DNA of 64,000 bases from NCBI RefSeq assembly GCF_006345805.1, contig NC_043005.1, forward strand, positions 96,410,001 through 96,474,000, in the 5' to 3' direction. Of this stretch, positions 1 through 10,547 are shown piece after piece. Position 1 is the first letter of the stretch. Every line of letters starts with the position of its first letter. This stretch comes from Octopus sinensis (lineage: Eukaryota). Position numbers and translations under genes: made by a program. The notes beneath the pieces were generated by a model. That model did not search any database, was not told the DNA's origin, and saw only the letters and a list, made by a program, of their open reading frames with translations.

Positions 1-36
1 GACTCCTTTCACTATACATGTATATATACAGTATTA

Positions 37-2110
37 TCAGTGGGTCTTCTGCTGCTGCATCACTGATGACACAGATTTTGTATCGGGGTTTATATTTCAT
101 AACCTTCAGAGATATGCATGTCCTACTAGTTTCATCTGTCAGGTTACTCCTATTACAAGACTTAACAAATTTGATCACTGAGAACAAGGATTCAGAGGAA
201 TATGTTGATAAAAACATGGAAGTTTGTGCTGTTGCAAATTTTTTTTAACTGGAAAAATTTTCTGGAATGGCATCCCAAGTTCTTAATAATTTGTTTTCCA
301 CACTCCTCTCTGGTACTCCTGTCACTAATCGCTTTTCTTCACTATTTTTTAAGTCCACTCTAAGATCAATAAATTTTTGCTTCCAAATTGAGCTACTTTG
401 AAATTCAATCAACTGCATTTCAAAAGCAACCATTTCTATCCATGAAATCATTTGTATGTTTAGTTCTTCCAGTTTGATAATGTCTGGGAACTTCATGAAT
501 TTTGGTGTTTCTTCCAGTTCCCTGAATTTAGCAAACCTTGTAAAATACTGCTCAAAAAGTTGACATTGTAATGTTCTGTCATCTTTTGAGAGATCATTGA
601 TGTATCTCTTTAGGTTTGGGAAGTATCTAAATCTCTCATTGTCCATATCCTTCTTAAAAACTTCTACCTTCATTTCAAAAGCCTTTATGTAACCAAACAT
701 AACATCAAGTGTAATTTAACATTGAAGTCATTCAAATGTTCACAAAAATCTGCAAAAAACACCAGTTTACAAACCTACACGATGTCAGACAGTTCTTGAT
801 GAGAAACATGTTGGTCATTCAAAAAAAGCTTTATCTCATTTATGCATTCAACAATCGTTTCAGAACCAAACCTCAGCTAAGCCATCAAACATTGTTGTAC
901 ATTTTCAGTCCTTTATACACCGATTCTACCTCATTCAGTAAAACGTGACATTATTTAAAGCCTGAGCAGAAATGTAATTCACAACCTTGGTAACAGTCTG
1001 CATCATTTCCTGAAGTTCCTTCGGGCCCGCTTTTGCACATAAAACCTCCTCGTGTAAGATGCAATGAAAACCCATCAGTGTGGGGACCCAACCTAGGCCC
1101 CCATATCTACGGCGTTCGCTGCTGGAATAAAGAGTGGTTGGAGATCACGCGGTCGTTAGCCTCAAATTGCCAGGTCTGGTCGGTGTTTGTGAGAGATGCA
1201 ACATTGAGGATGAATGAAGCCAGCTCAACCCAGGTGAATGCTGTCTCAAGTCAAGTCAATCAGTGTGTGACCAACTTCTTTTGCAAACAGGTTTATAAAT
1301 CCTACCTTCTCACCAGTCATGCTGGGAGCACCGTCTGTTGTGATGGATACTACTTTTGAAATGTTAGTTTGTTGAGAAGAGAATTCGTTCACTGCTTCTT
1401 TACATATTTCAGCCCCAGTAGTATGCTCAGGCAGTGTTAGAAGGGCAACCGTCTCTTCACATATTTCATCACCATCACAAAATCGAGAAAAAGTGGCTAA
1501 CCTAGCTGATGATGTAATGGCCGTACTCTGAACTTTCATCAATACAAATAGAAAAAACCTACATGAAGTCAAATCTTTTGTCAATTGTTCAGAAGTGTTC
1601 TTCTCCAACTTAAGTATTCTATACTTAACCGTTTTCCTACTTACAGACAATTCTTTAATGCACTGAATAATCTTTTCCTTTTCTGTAAAATTGTCAAAAA
1701 GGAAATTTGCACACTCTAGCCAAGCTCCTTTAATATTCTCCTCATTACTGAGTGGCTTTCCATGCTGAGCAATTACTTTTGAAACCTCAAGACTAGCAGC
1801 AGCTAAGTTGGAACTGGTTTTACCCGAGATAAAGCTTATAAAAGTATCAGTCTGTTTTTTTGTTTTGCTGAGTTCAGGAGAAAATAATTCTCCTTGTTCC
1901 TCTTCAGTTTAATTGCTTAAGTTCTTATGAACACTTTGAAAATGCTTTTTTTACAGAAGGAGTTCTATAAACAACAGTTTTGGAACAGGAAATACATAAT
2001 GCTTTATTGTTTTTCTTAATCCTACCAATCTTTTCAGTCTAGTATTTTTGAAATTCTGTAATAACCTCTTCCGTTGAATGACATCATTTCTTAGCTGGGG
2101 GTCCTGACAT
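37..2110 (-). pseudogene. Degenerate hAT transposase (SPIN/Charlie, GTF2IRD2-like)
   Basis: ORF fragments 1246..1650 (SITTDGAPSMTG) and 245..700; hand-read GFHCILHEEVLCAK and TVTKVVNYI; C-terminal QQQKTH* ends at 37. Many stops and frameshifts; interrupted at 1083..1258. Confidence 0.85.
1083..1258 (+). mobile_element. 5'-truncated RTE-clade LINE 3' end inserted into the hAT ORF
   Basis: Flanked by the 9-bp direct repeat ATCAGTGTG (1074-1082, 1259-1267); encodes an RTE-like C-terminus (WSVFVRDA...ASST) and ends in a (TCAAG)n tail. Confidence 0.75.
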
Positions 2111-3214
2111 TCTGCACAATGTATAAAGGGCTGACAAAAAAAAAGAAAAGAAAAGAGAGAGAGAAATAATGATATACATGAAAAAGGAGGAAGAAAAGTA
2201 AAATGTCTTTAAGTGATTAATAAGTTTGATTAAACCACTTTACTTTTTATTAGTTTTTTAATTAAAGTAAACAAAAAAAAATTAGTTTGCTATCCACACA
2301 AAACGGTAGGGTGGGCGTGGTGCAAACATAAGTAAAGAAAAGACAAAACATGCAACAAATCACGACATGACTACCCAGACTTGCATGAGGGCTGAATTTA
2401 GCGGCATCGACCTGCAGCCCTTTAAATATGATTTAGTCACTTGAACATTGGTGGACATCAAATGATCTGCACAACAAAAATTACAATACAGTACTAGCTC
2501 ATTTATTAGAAATTGTCAAAAATGTCGTGATATTATTGTACACAAGCTGTACAAGTATATTTACTGTATTCATAAGTCAGGACAAATAGCATGATAGGAA
2601 ATCAAGGAAGAACTGCATAAATGTAAGTATATTTTTCAATTTATGTTTAATATACAGATCAGATCTGTATTACAAAGAAACATTCTAGAAAACTTATCTA
2701 TTCTTACAAGGATTTCTAATCTGACCAGATATACATACTATGGAACTTGTTTTACACTTGTTTAGGCAGCATAATCAAATCTGTTGTTATACAAGATTAG
2801 TATCAATCAAATCTACAGTCACAAGATATAATAAAACCATGCAGATGGCACCCCTATGCCACTGATGCCCACTAGCATAGCTGGTCCACCTCATCTCTCT
2901 TAGAAGCCAAAGCTAGGGTTAAATTTAAGCAAAATAGACTAAGAATCTTATGAAGTTGAAGTACCAACTACTGGCAAGTGCATTGTTAACATGATCTATG
3001 GGCCACCCAGTGAACTAGTGTGGCAGACACAAGAATTTGAAGTTCCTGCTTGTAAATTAGTGCAGATCATAAGAGGATCTGAACAATCAGTGTCTGGAAA
3101 ATTGGCGTAGATCTTGTTTATCTGTCAATGTATGTGTGTGTGTGTATGTATATATGTGTGTATCTATATGTGTATGTATATGTGTGTGTGTATATATGTA
3201 AATATATGTTTGTG

Positions 3215-3720
3215 TTTATATATATATTCTGACTCCATAGCTTCTATGCAACCCATGGAAGCCACCTGGATGTTGCCCAATATGTTCATTGAAGTCACCA
3301 GCCACGAAGAGAAGAGTCACTGTCATTTGTTGATGAGGTAGTCTGCAAATGGGTGTCATTAAGTCAATCTTTCTCATCATCTGACACTACGGTTGAAGAG
3401 TGCAGACAGGACAAAAATAACAGTTGCTGTTCCACTTTGCAAATTTAGTTTAAGCTTAAGTATCCTCTCACACACTCTGACTGCCTTATCAACCCATTTC
3501 TCAACAAGAAGTATGCTCACACCACCAATCCTATTACTATTACCGACACAGAAGAAGGTCCCCTCCACCTTACTTCTTGAATGCAACATACCTACATGCC
3601 TTTGCTCCAGTATCTTGACAATCTCACCAGACCTACCTTTCAGTTTGTCCTTTCTCTAAGGGTGAAGAAGGGAACAGGTGGATGGGAGACAGCATTCTGC
3701 ATCTAAAAGGTTTGTATTGA
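3215..3720 (-). mobile_element. RTE LINE apurinic endonuclease fragment
   Basis: ORF 3377..3589 GGVSILLVEKWVDKAVRVCERILKLKL matches an APE-type endonuclease segment; degenerate. Confidence 0.65.
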
Positions 3721-4299
3721 CGTTTGCCAGGCATATCATATAAGTTCATATGGGTTATCTTACACTTCACACTTGCTGCATCAACCAGAAGAAGAGGGTG
3801 AGTTATACACTACTGTTTATACAAGGATGAAATAGCACTGAAAATTAACTCCACTTGCCACATCTACCAGAAGAGGAGGATGTAGTATACAAGATAAGAT
3901 AAATAAAATAGAGCCAATAATTGGCCCATTGGTATGTATACTTGTCATATCTCTGATGCTAGCAAGCTAGCAATGCTGTTTTTATCTTATTGTAGTAGTG
4001 GTAGTACTACTGTTGCTGCGAATGGTCTAATGTCAACGGGAGGTGGAAGAAAGCTTTCTGTACAGGTTTCTGATATAGAAGGGAGGTTCCAAGAGAAAGA
4101 CTTCCTGTATAGGTGTGGGATGGGAGGGTACATTGTGAACTACAAAGTCACATGGTTGCAACTTCTAAAAAAAAGTGAAACTTCTAAAAATGGAACTGAC
4201 AAATGCATGATAAAACAGCATGAGAGGGCATGATAAACATTCAACAAAATAGCATGGGAAGGCAGGATGTATATCTCTGTATATATTGGGAGTATAGAT

Positions 4300-5535
4300 T
4301 ATTTATTTGCATAATGACTGTCTCAGGAAAAAATAAAACGTTATTATTTTTTGAGATATATTCAAATTTGTGTCTGTTTGTCTTCATGACATCTGTTGAT
4401 CTCACTTGATGAACCCATCTTTAGCCTTGATGATATCCTCCAGGTGACCTTGGAACCAGCCACAGGCCATTGTCACTATCTCCTGTTTTAGGCCCCTGAA
4501 GGCCCTGGTAATCCTGGCTCTCAGCTCATCCTTTGTGTTGCAGCTGGATTGGTTGGTCTCTCTTTCCACTGCACCCCACACAAAGAAGTCAAGGGGATTG
4601 CAGTCAGGTGAGTTAGGAGGCCAAATGTCAGGTGTTGTGTGATCGAAGGCTGATGTGGTTAGAGTGCAGAGTCTTGCTGTCACATGTATGGCCTCCCTGT
4701 AGCTACCCAGTCGATCCAGGGCTGCACCACCTTGCTCAGGGTACAGATGTAGCTGTCGGTGTTCAGCTTGAGGCTCTCAGGGAAGAAGTGGGGTGGCATT
4801 ATATCACCTTCGCTGTTGATGACATCAAAGACCATGATTGTCACTGGAAATTTTGTCTGCATGTCTCATGGCATGTCTTTGGGTGAGACTGTGAGCTATC
4901 TGCAGTATGGGGAGTTAATCTTCTGATTTTGACAGAAATTCTTCTCATTGGAGAAGAACCACTGCATGTCTGGCTTCAGTGAGTATTTTAGCTTGTTGGT
5001 CAGCTTTTGGTGTACTTGAGTCACTTTTTTGCATTACCTTGGATAGAAATTGTTTCTTCCTCATCTTGCATGAAAGGTAGCGAATGTCCTCACCAGTCTG
5101 TTGAGCTTATCATCCACATCTTTCTCTTGTTCAATGGCACACATTGATTTGCTGGGATCATTGTTGATGATTTGGATTTCAGTGATGAATTCTAGTGTTC
5201 TGATGGCATCAGATTGGCGATCATAGATTTTCCTCTCTGCTGTTGCTTCATAGTCAAATCCTGCATCTTCCAGCTCCTTTCTAACCCTTTCCACCATCAT
5301 TCTGCTGACTCTGAGGAAGTCTGAAATTCTTTGATTGTCCTTACAGCACAGATTCCAAGAAGGACTCTGTGCTTCTTCCACAAACTGGTGAGGTCTAAAA
5401 CCTTCCAAGGTCAATTCTGCAAAAAAAGTAAAAATGGGTTTTTGTTTTTAAGAAGAAATAAAATGACAATAGAAGTTTTAAAAAATGCATAAAATTAGCA
5501 GTTGAAAATTGCAAATGAATACTGTCAGCACCCTG
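4300..5535 (-). mobile_element. Tc1/mariner superfamily element, maT (DD37D)-like, degenerate
   Basis: ORF fragments 5061..5414 (HTH region), 4680..4862 and 4402..4683 with WPPNSPDCNPLD (Asp-type third catalytic motif); terminus CAGGGTG + TA at 5529-5537. Left terminus not identified. Confidence 0.75.
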
Positions 5536-5629
5536 TATATACATACGCATGTCTAAGTATATATGTACATTCATATGCATATTTGTATGTGTATATATAT
5601 ATATATATCTATATATATATATATAATCG

Positions 5630-6048
5630 ATCAACATCAATGGAATTTGTAGTTGTGGTACCAGTGCCGGTGGCACATAAGAGAACCATCCGAACGTGGC
5701 TGTTGCCAGCACCGCATCAACTGGCCTCCGTGCTGGTGGCACGTAAAAAGCACCATCCGATCGTGGCTGTGCCAGCCTCGCCTGGCCTCCGTGCCGGTGG
5801 CACTTAAAAAGCACCATCCGAGCGTGGCCGTTCGCCAGCCTCGTCTGGCACCTGTGTCGGTGGCACATAAAAAGCACCCACTACACTCACGGAGTGGTTG
5901 GCGTTAGGAAGGGCATCCAGCTGTAGAAACATTGCCAGATCAGACTGGCCTGGTGCAGCCTTCGGGCTTCCCTGACCCCAGTTGAACTGTCCAACCCATG
6001 CTAGCATGGAAAGCGGATGTTAAACGATGATGATGATGATGATGATGA
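5630..6048 (+). mobile_element. RTE LINE 3' UTR/tail copy with 4 tandem hairpin units and (ATG)n tail
   Basis: Aligns to the 3' UTR that directly follows the RT ORF at 37233..37725, including the atcaatggaa anchor; ends ttaaacgatgatgatg. Confidence 0.8.
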
Positions 6049-6174
6049 TATATATATATAGTAAGTCCCAAAAAATGAAGAGCAAACACGAGGACATTAT
6101 TTGAAGCGGGATGTCGTCACGGATCATCTTCAACATTGGGAGTGATTATTCAATCGCACTGATCAGCTACTGCT

Positions 6175-6240
6175 GATACAGTCAGCAGATCAGCATTTGA
6201 TACAGTCAGCAGTCAGCATTTGATACAGTCAGCAGATCAG
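6175..6240. repeat. Short tandem repeat, ~23-24 bp unit (gatacagtcagcagatcagcattt) x ~2.7
   Basis: Directly visible. Confidence 0.85.
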
Positions 6241-6248
6241 GACTGTAC

Positions 6249-7540
6249 ATGGTGCTGGGAAAATGTGGCTGTCCCCCTTTACTACTGCAGCAGCTCATTG
6301 TTTCGTTCCATGATGATATGAAGGCCACCATTCAGTTTGACAGTTTAATATCAATTAGCTTCAACATCGACAGGGGAGTAAAACAAGGTTGTGTCTTCGC
6401 ATCAATCCTTTTCAGAATTTACTTTGCTCTATTGCTGCAGTATGCATTTCAAGAGTTGCCGGGAGATGTCTACCTTTGTTGGGGAACTGATGGGTCACTC
6501 TTTGATCTTTCTAGACTTCAGGCCAAGACTAAGATCAATAGAGCAACAATAAGAGACTTTCTCTTCACCGACGATGCGGCACTTGTTGCTCACAGGGAAT
6601 TAACTTTACAAACAATGATGGACCACCTATTATCAGCATGCAAGGCCTTCGGTTTGGTCATCAGTGTAAAGAAGACAGTCATCCTCACTCAGGAGGACAC
6701 AGCGAAAGGCCACATAAAGCTTGAGACAGTGGACAGGTTCTGCTATCTAGGGTCTACCATTTCCTCTACTGCTTCACTTGATGATGAGATTAATGTCAGG
6801 ATTGGGAAGGCTGACAAAACGAGTATGGAAGAACAAGAGATTAGACATCAAGATCAGGGTTTATGAAGCATGTGTTCTCAGCACACTCCTCTATTGTTCT
6901 GAAAGATGGACCTTGTACAGCAGACAGGAAAAATGCTTTGGCATTTTCCATCTCAGATGTCTCTGCAAGATCTTAGGGCTAACATGGCGCAACAAGGTCA
7001 CCAATGTTGAAGTGCTGGCCCATGCGAATCTTCAAAGCATGACAGCTATCTTGTGTATGAGAAGATTAAGATGACTGGGGCATGTCAGGAGAATGGATGA
7101 CCATCAAATCCCGAAGCAACTGCTCTATGGAGAACTGGTCCAGAGCAAGAGACCAAGGGGAAGACCAAAACTGAGGTATAAGGACACTTGCAAAACTAGT
7201 TTGTCCAAGTGTGAGGTGGATGTCAGCACCTGGGAAGAGAGGGCTCAGGACAGAACAACATGGAAGACTGTGGTGAAGGAAGGAACTGCTTCGCTGGAGA
7301 GCAGCTACAGAAGAAAACAAGTTGAGAAGCATCAGCAGTGAAAGGAAAACAACAGAAATGCAGAGCACTGAGAGCCACCCTGTTGGTATGCAAGTACTGT
7401 GACAGAAGCTGTGTTTCAATCATAGGAAGAATCAGCCATGAAAGAAGCTGCAAGAAAGGGAACCCCTGATATGTTCGAGTAAGTGATCTCTAAGCTAAAT
7501 TGACCACCTGCATAGACGAAAAGGGTCAATTATAATTATT
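6249..7540 (+). mobile_element. 5'-truncated RTE (BovB-like) LINE, RT plus C-terminus, frameshifted
   Basis: ORFs 6249..6866 (GVKQGCV, FLFTDDAALVA), 6778..7074 and 7093..7341 (RIPKQ-like, RPRGRPKLRYKD); tail gacgaaaagggtcaattataattatt. Confidence 0.9.
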
Positions 7541-7726
7541 ATATTGTATATTTGTATATATGCTTTTACTTGCACAAGAATGTAGACGTTACTATGATTT
7601 AACCCCTAATTCACTTTCTGCTGACCTTTGTAAAAAACCAAAAAACAAACCCAAAATATATTTTGTCTCAACTTGCACTTAATGTTTTATATGGGTGTGT
7701 TGTGTGTGTGTGTGTGTGTGTGTGTG

Positions 7727-8225
7727 TTTTAACTAATACAGGAATGTAGATGTCACTGTGACCTGACCTGGAAATCACCTGCTGACTTTCATAAAAAGTA
7801 CATCCAGATATACCTTATTATTCTGTCAAAGATGTACTGTAATCTAAAATGCAAAATTCATGGAAAAATATGCACTTGGTTTTTCTTTCCTTCTTTTTGG
7901 AATGTCTATTGTTATTTTTGTTTTGACCTACCTGAACTTGTATTCAATACTTTATATATATATATATATGTGTGTGTGTGTGGTGTGTGTGTGTGTGTGT
8001 TTTAACTAATACAGGAATGTAGATGTCACTGTGACCTGACCTGGAAATCACCTGCTGACTTTCATAAAAAGTACATCCAGATATACCTTATTATTCTGTC
8101 AAAGATGTACTGTAATCTAAAATGCAAAATTCATGGAAAAATATGCACTTGGTTTTTCTTTCCTTCTTTTTGGAATGTCTATTGTTATTTTTGTTTTGAC
8201 CTACCTGAACTTGTATTCAATACTT

Positions 8226-8270
<45 letters not shown>
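7727..8270. repeat. Tandem duplication, ~273 bp unit bounded by (TA)n(TG)n
   Basis: Unique parts 7727..7953 and 8000..8226 read identical by eye. Confidence 0.9.
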
Positions 8271-8278
<8 letters not shown>

Positions 8279-8324
8279 TCACATGAATGTGTAGTAATTG
8301 CTTGTGTGTGTGTGTGATTTGGTT

Positions 8325-8639
8325 TGTTGTGAAAATGGTACTCCCTTTCTCACATGACAGAGTGGTGAGTAGCCATTATAAAGTCAGACAGTCATTGTAG
8401 GAGGTCTGTAGAGTTATTGTATGAATTTTCAGTTGGAATCGGTGTCAGTTATGTGATTTATATGAGTTTGAGTTACTGCCAAAGTCGACGCTTCAAAGTC
8501 ATTGTCTTGCAGATCTGTCAGTGATAGCACGATAGATGGGTCAAAGATATAAGACGCGGAATACTGCCACAACACATTAGTGGTGACAAGAATATTACAG
8601 TACCAAAGATAGAAGTGGATGAGGATCCACATAATAACA
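8325..8639 (+). mobile_element. 5' LTR of a Gypsy/Ty3-like retrotransposon (TGTTGT...ATAACA)
   Basis: TG...CA termini with imperfect 6-bp inverted repeats; TATAAAG at 8377; followed immediately by a PBS-like sequence and a gag remnant. Confidence 0.55.
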
Positions 8640-8640
8640 G

Positions 8641-8653
8641 TGGCAACAAGGAT
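8641..8653 (+). promoter_or_regulatory. Primer-binding site TGGCAACAAGGAT (decayed TGGCGACGAGGAT, complementary to the tRNA-Ser(GCU) 3' end)
   Basis: Begins 2 nt after the LTR-terminal CA; differs from the recalled tRNA-Ser(GCU) complement only at two CG>CA positions. Confidence 0.55.
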
Positions 8654-8835
8654 TTAAACAATTCATGTGGAGAATGTTGGAAAAAAAATTTTTTCATGAG
8701 AAAATAGACGATTCACACAGATGACGTTGAAGAATTTTTTTGTGTTGAGAAATTAAAAAGTCAGCAGCTGAGACACAAACATTTTTGTTGTATATATTTT
8801 AGAAAAAATCCGTAAAATTGTGGGAAAACTTGTTA

Positions 8836-9150
8836 ATGGGTTTTGTTGAGTTGCAAAAACAGCAACAACAACTCAAAAAACAACAAGAACAACAACAAAT
8901 GCTACAACTAATGAAGTTGGTAACAAAACTGGAAAATATGTTTTCACCAGACCATGTAGCAAATTGAATAAATGAATTTAAATATGACCCAGAAGGAATT
9001 ACTTTTGAGGCCTATTACTGAAGATCTGACCAAATTTTTGAAAAAGAATGAGAAGACTGGATGGACGAACTGAAACGCGTCCGATTCTGAAGAAACTGGT
9101 GAAAATAGAGTATGAGAAATACCGAAACTTTATATTGCCTAAAAAAAGTT
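8836..9150 (+). pseudogene. Gypsy-type gag N-terminal remnant
   Basis: Hand translation: poly-Q leader, then FSPDHVAN*INEFKYDPEGITFEAYY*R...ILKKLVKIEYEKYRNFILPKK, resembling the F.YDPE.G.TF...RLLL.KL...E..KY.N.ILP gag motif of Gypsy/K02A2.6-like elements; stops and a frameshift. Confidence 0.65.
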
Positions 9151-10419
9151 TCTGTCCTTTATGTTTGAAGATCATGAATTCATCTGATGAAAATGGTTTC
9201 TTTACAGTGATGTAATGTTCTCATTAATCAGTTAAAGGAGTTGCTGGAAACGGCTGTAATGAATTTTACTTCTTTGTTACTCATATTTTATTCATATATC
9301 CTAGAAAAAGTTGCTGATAGAATAAGTACTAGGCTTACAAAGAATAAGTCCTGGGGTCACTTTCTTTGAGTGAGATTAGTTTTGGATAAATGTAAGAGAA
9401 GAGATATGAGAAGTGATTTAGTGTAGTACTCTATGAGTAACTATTGTTTCTATACATTAATTACACACTCACTCTTACTTCTTACCATACACATTCTAAC
9501 GGTTCCATCCTTCCTTATACTGCCTAGATGCCACAATGCAGATGTGCACTACTTCTTTAAATAGATACCTTGGAAATGCTGTCCAATAGAATCATAATAA
9601 CTTAAGTTTCCTTCAACAACACAAAGACACAGTTGCTACCGAAATCAACTAAAAACTTCTACAGTTCAAACTCACTAGATTAAGAGGACTTAAAAAACCC
9701 CGTTGATGTTGCCCTTCCCTCACTCCTGACCAATCAATAAATCATTAGGTTCAACTCTCTCTTACTTTCATGACTCTGATCCATCTGTCCATTTTCTCCA
9801 CCTACTATTCCTGGGCAGCAACTCCTCCATTGGGTTCTATTAGAAGCAATCCTCATTACATTTTCCTGCTAGATTCCCAAGCAACTAAAACTCTTATTAT
9901 TTCATGCATTTCAATCTTTGATGGCACTTCTCAATAACACCCAGACCCATCTATTAACAACTTATGTTTTTGCAAGGTAATCAGTGAAATTTGGACTCTT
10001 ATGAAATAGTTGTAATCAGTTCCTCTTTGCTTTTCCCATAGCAAACTCTTCTTTCTGTATGGTGTCTGATAGTTTGGATGTTCTTTCCAGGATTCTTCAG
10101 AATGGCATGATGCATGATTGTGCAGGTACCATCCAACATAATATTTTTGATGGTGTAAAAGATGCACAGAAGATGCACCCCAGTTTCAGTAGTACATATT
10201 CAGAGTAACAGTTTGTATTGCATTAAGTTTATAGGAGCCCAAGTTTGCATATCAGACCTGGGGTGACTTTTGGGGACATTTAAAAAAAAAAAAGTGCCAT
10301 CAAATATGGTAGTTTATATATATATATATGTATGTATGTATATTTGTATTATTTTAATTTCCTGTAATTATTCTTTTGTTTTTCAATTTCAGATCTCAAT
10401 TTGACACCAAATAAAGAGA

Positions 10420-10547
10420 ATGGCAACACATCGAAAACCTTCCACTCCGAATCCATTTCAGCATGAAACTGTTCCAAAACAAGCCTCGAATCTATCAAAT
10501 GTGGAACAACAACCAGCTTATGATAATCGTCTGCGAAGGCTTAGCTC
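10420..10547 (+). CDS. iRhom: iRhom coding exon 1 (exon begins 10393; ATG 10420): [10 protein letters not shown]...RLRRLS
   Basis: Acceptor tttcAG at 10391-10392; in-frame TGA at 10402 upstream of the ATG; donor TC|gtaggg is phase 2 and matches the next exon. The donor is weak and this is the least conserved exon. Confidence 0.72.

Noticed and set aside
2389-2420. GGGCTG...CAGCCC hairpin as the hAT terminal repeat
   Set aside because: Only 6 bp; the partner end would lie outside the window, so no TIR or TSD can be shown.
5657-5880. CRISPR-like array (palindromic repeats at regular 61-66 bp spacing)
   Set aside because: The spacers are homologous to one another, there are no cas genes, and the array is part of a LINE 3' UTR in a eukaryotic genome.
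5395-6007. Recurrent small ORFs (MLAWVG...[23 protein letters not shown]) at 5804, 12012, 18725, 37200, 45413 suggesting a peptide gene family
   Set aside because: They are antisense translations of the RTE 3' UTR; they recur because the repeat recurs, and they show indels and inconsistent starts.
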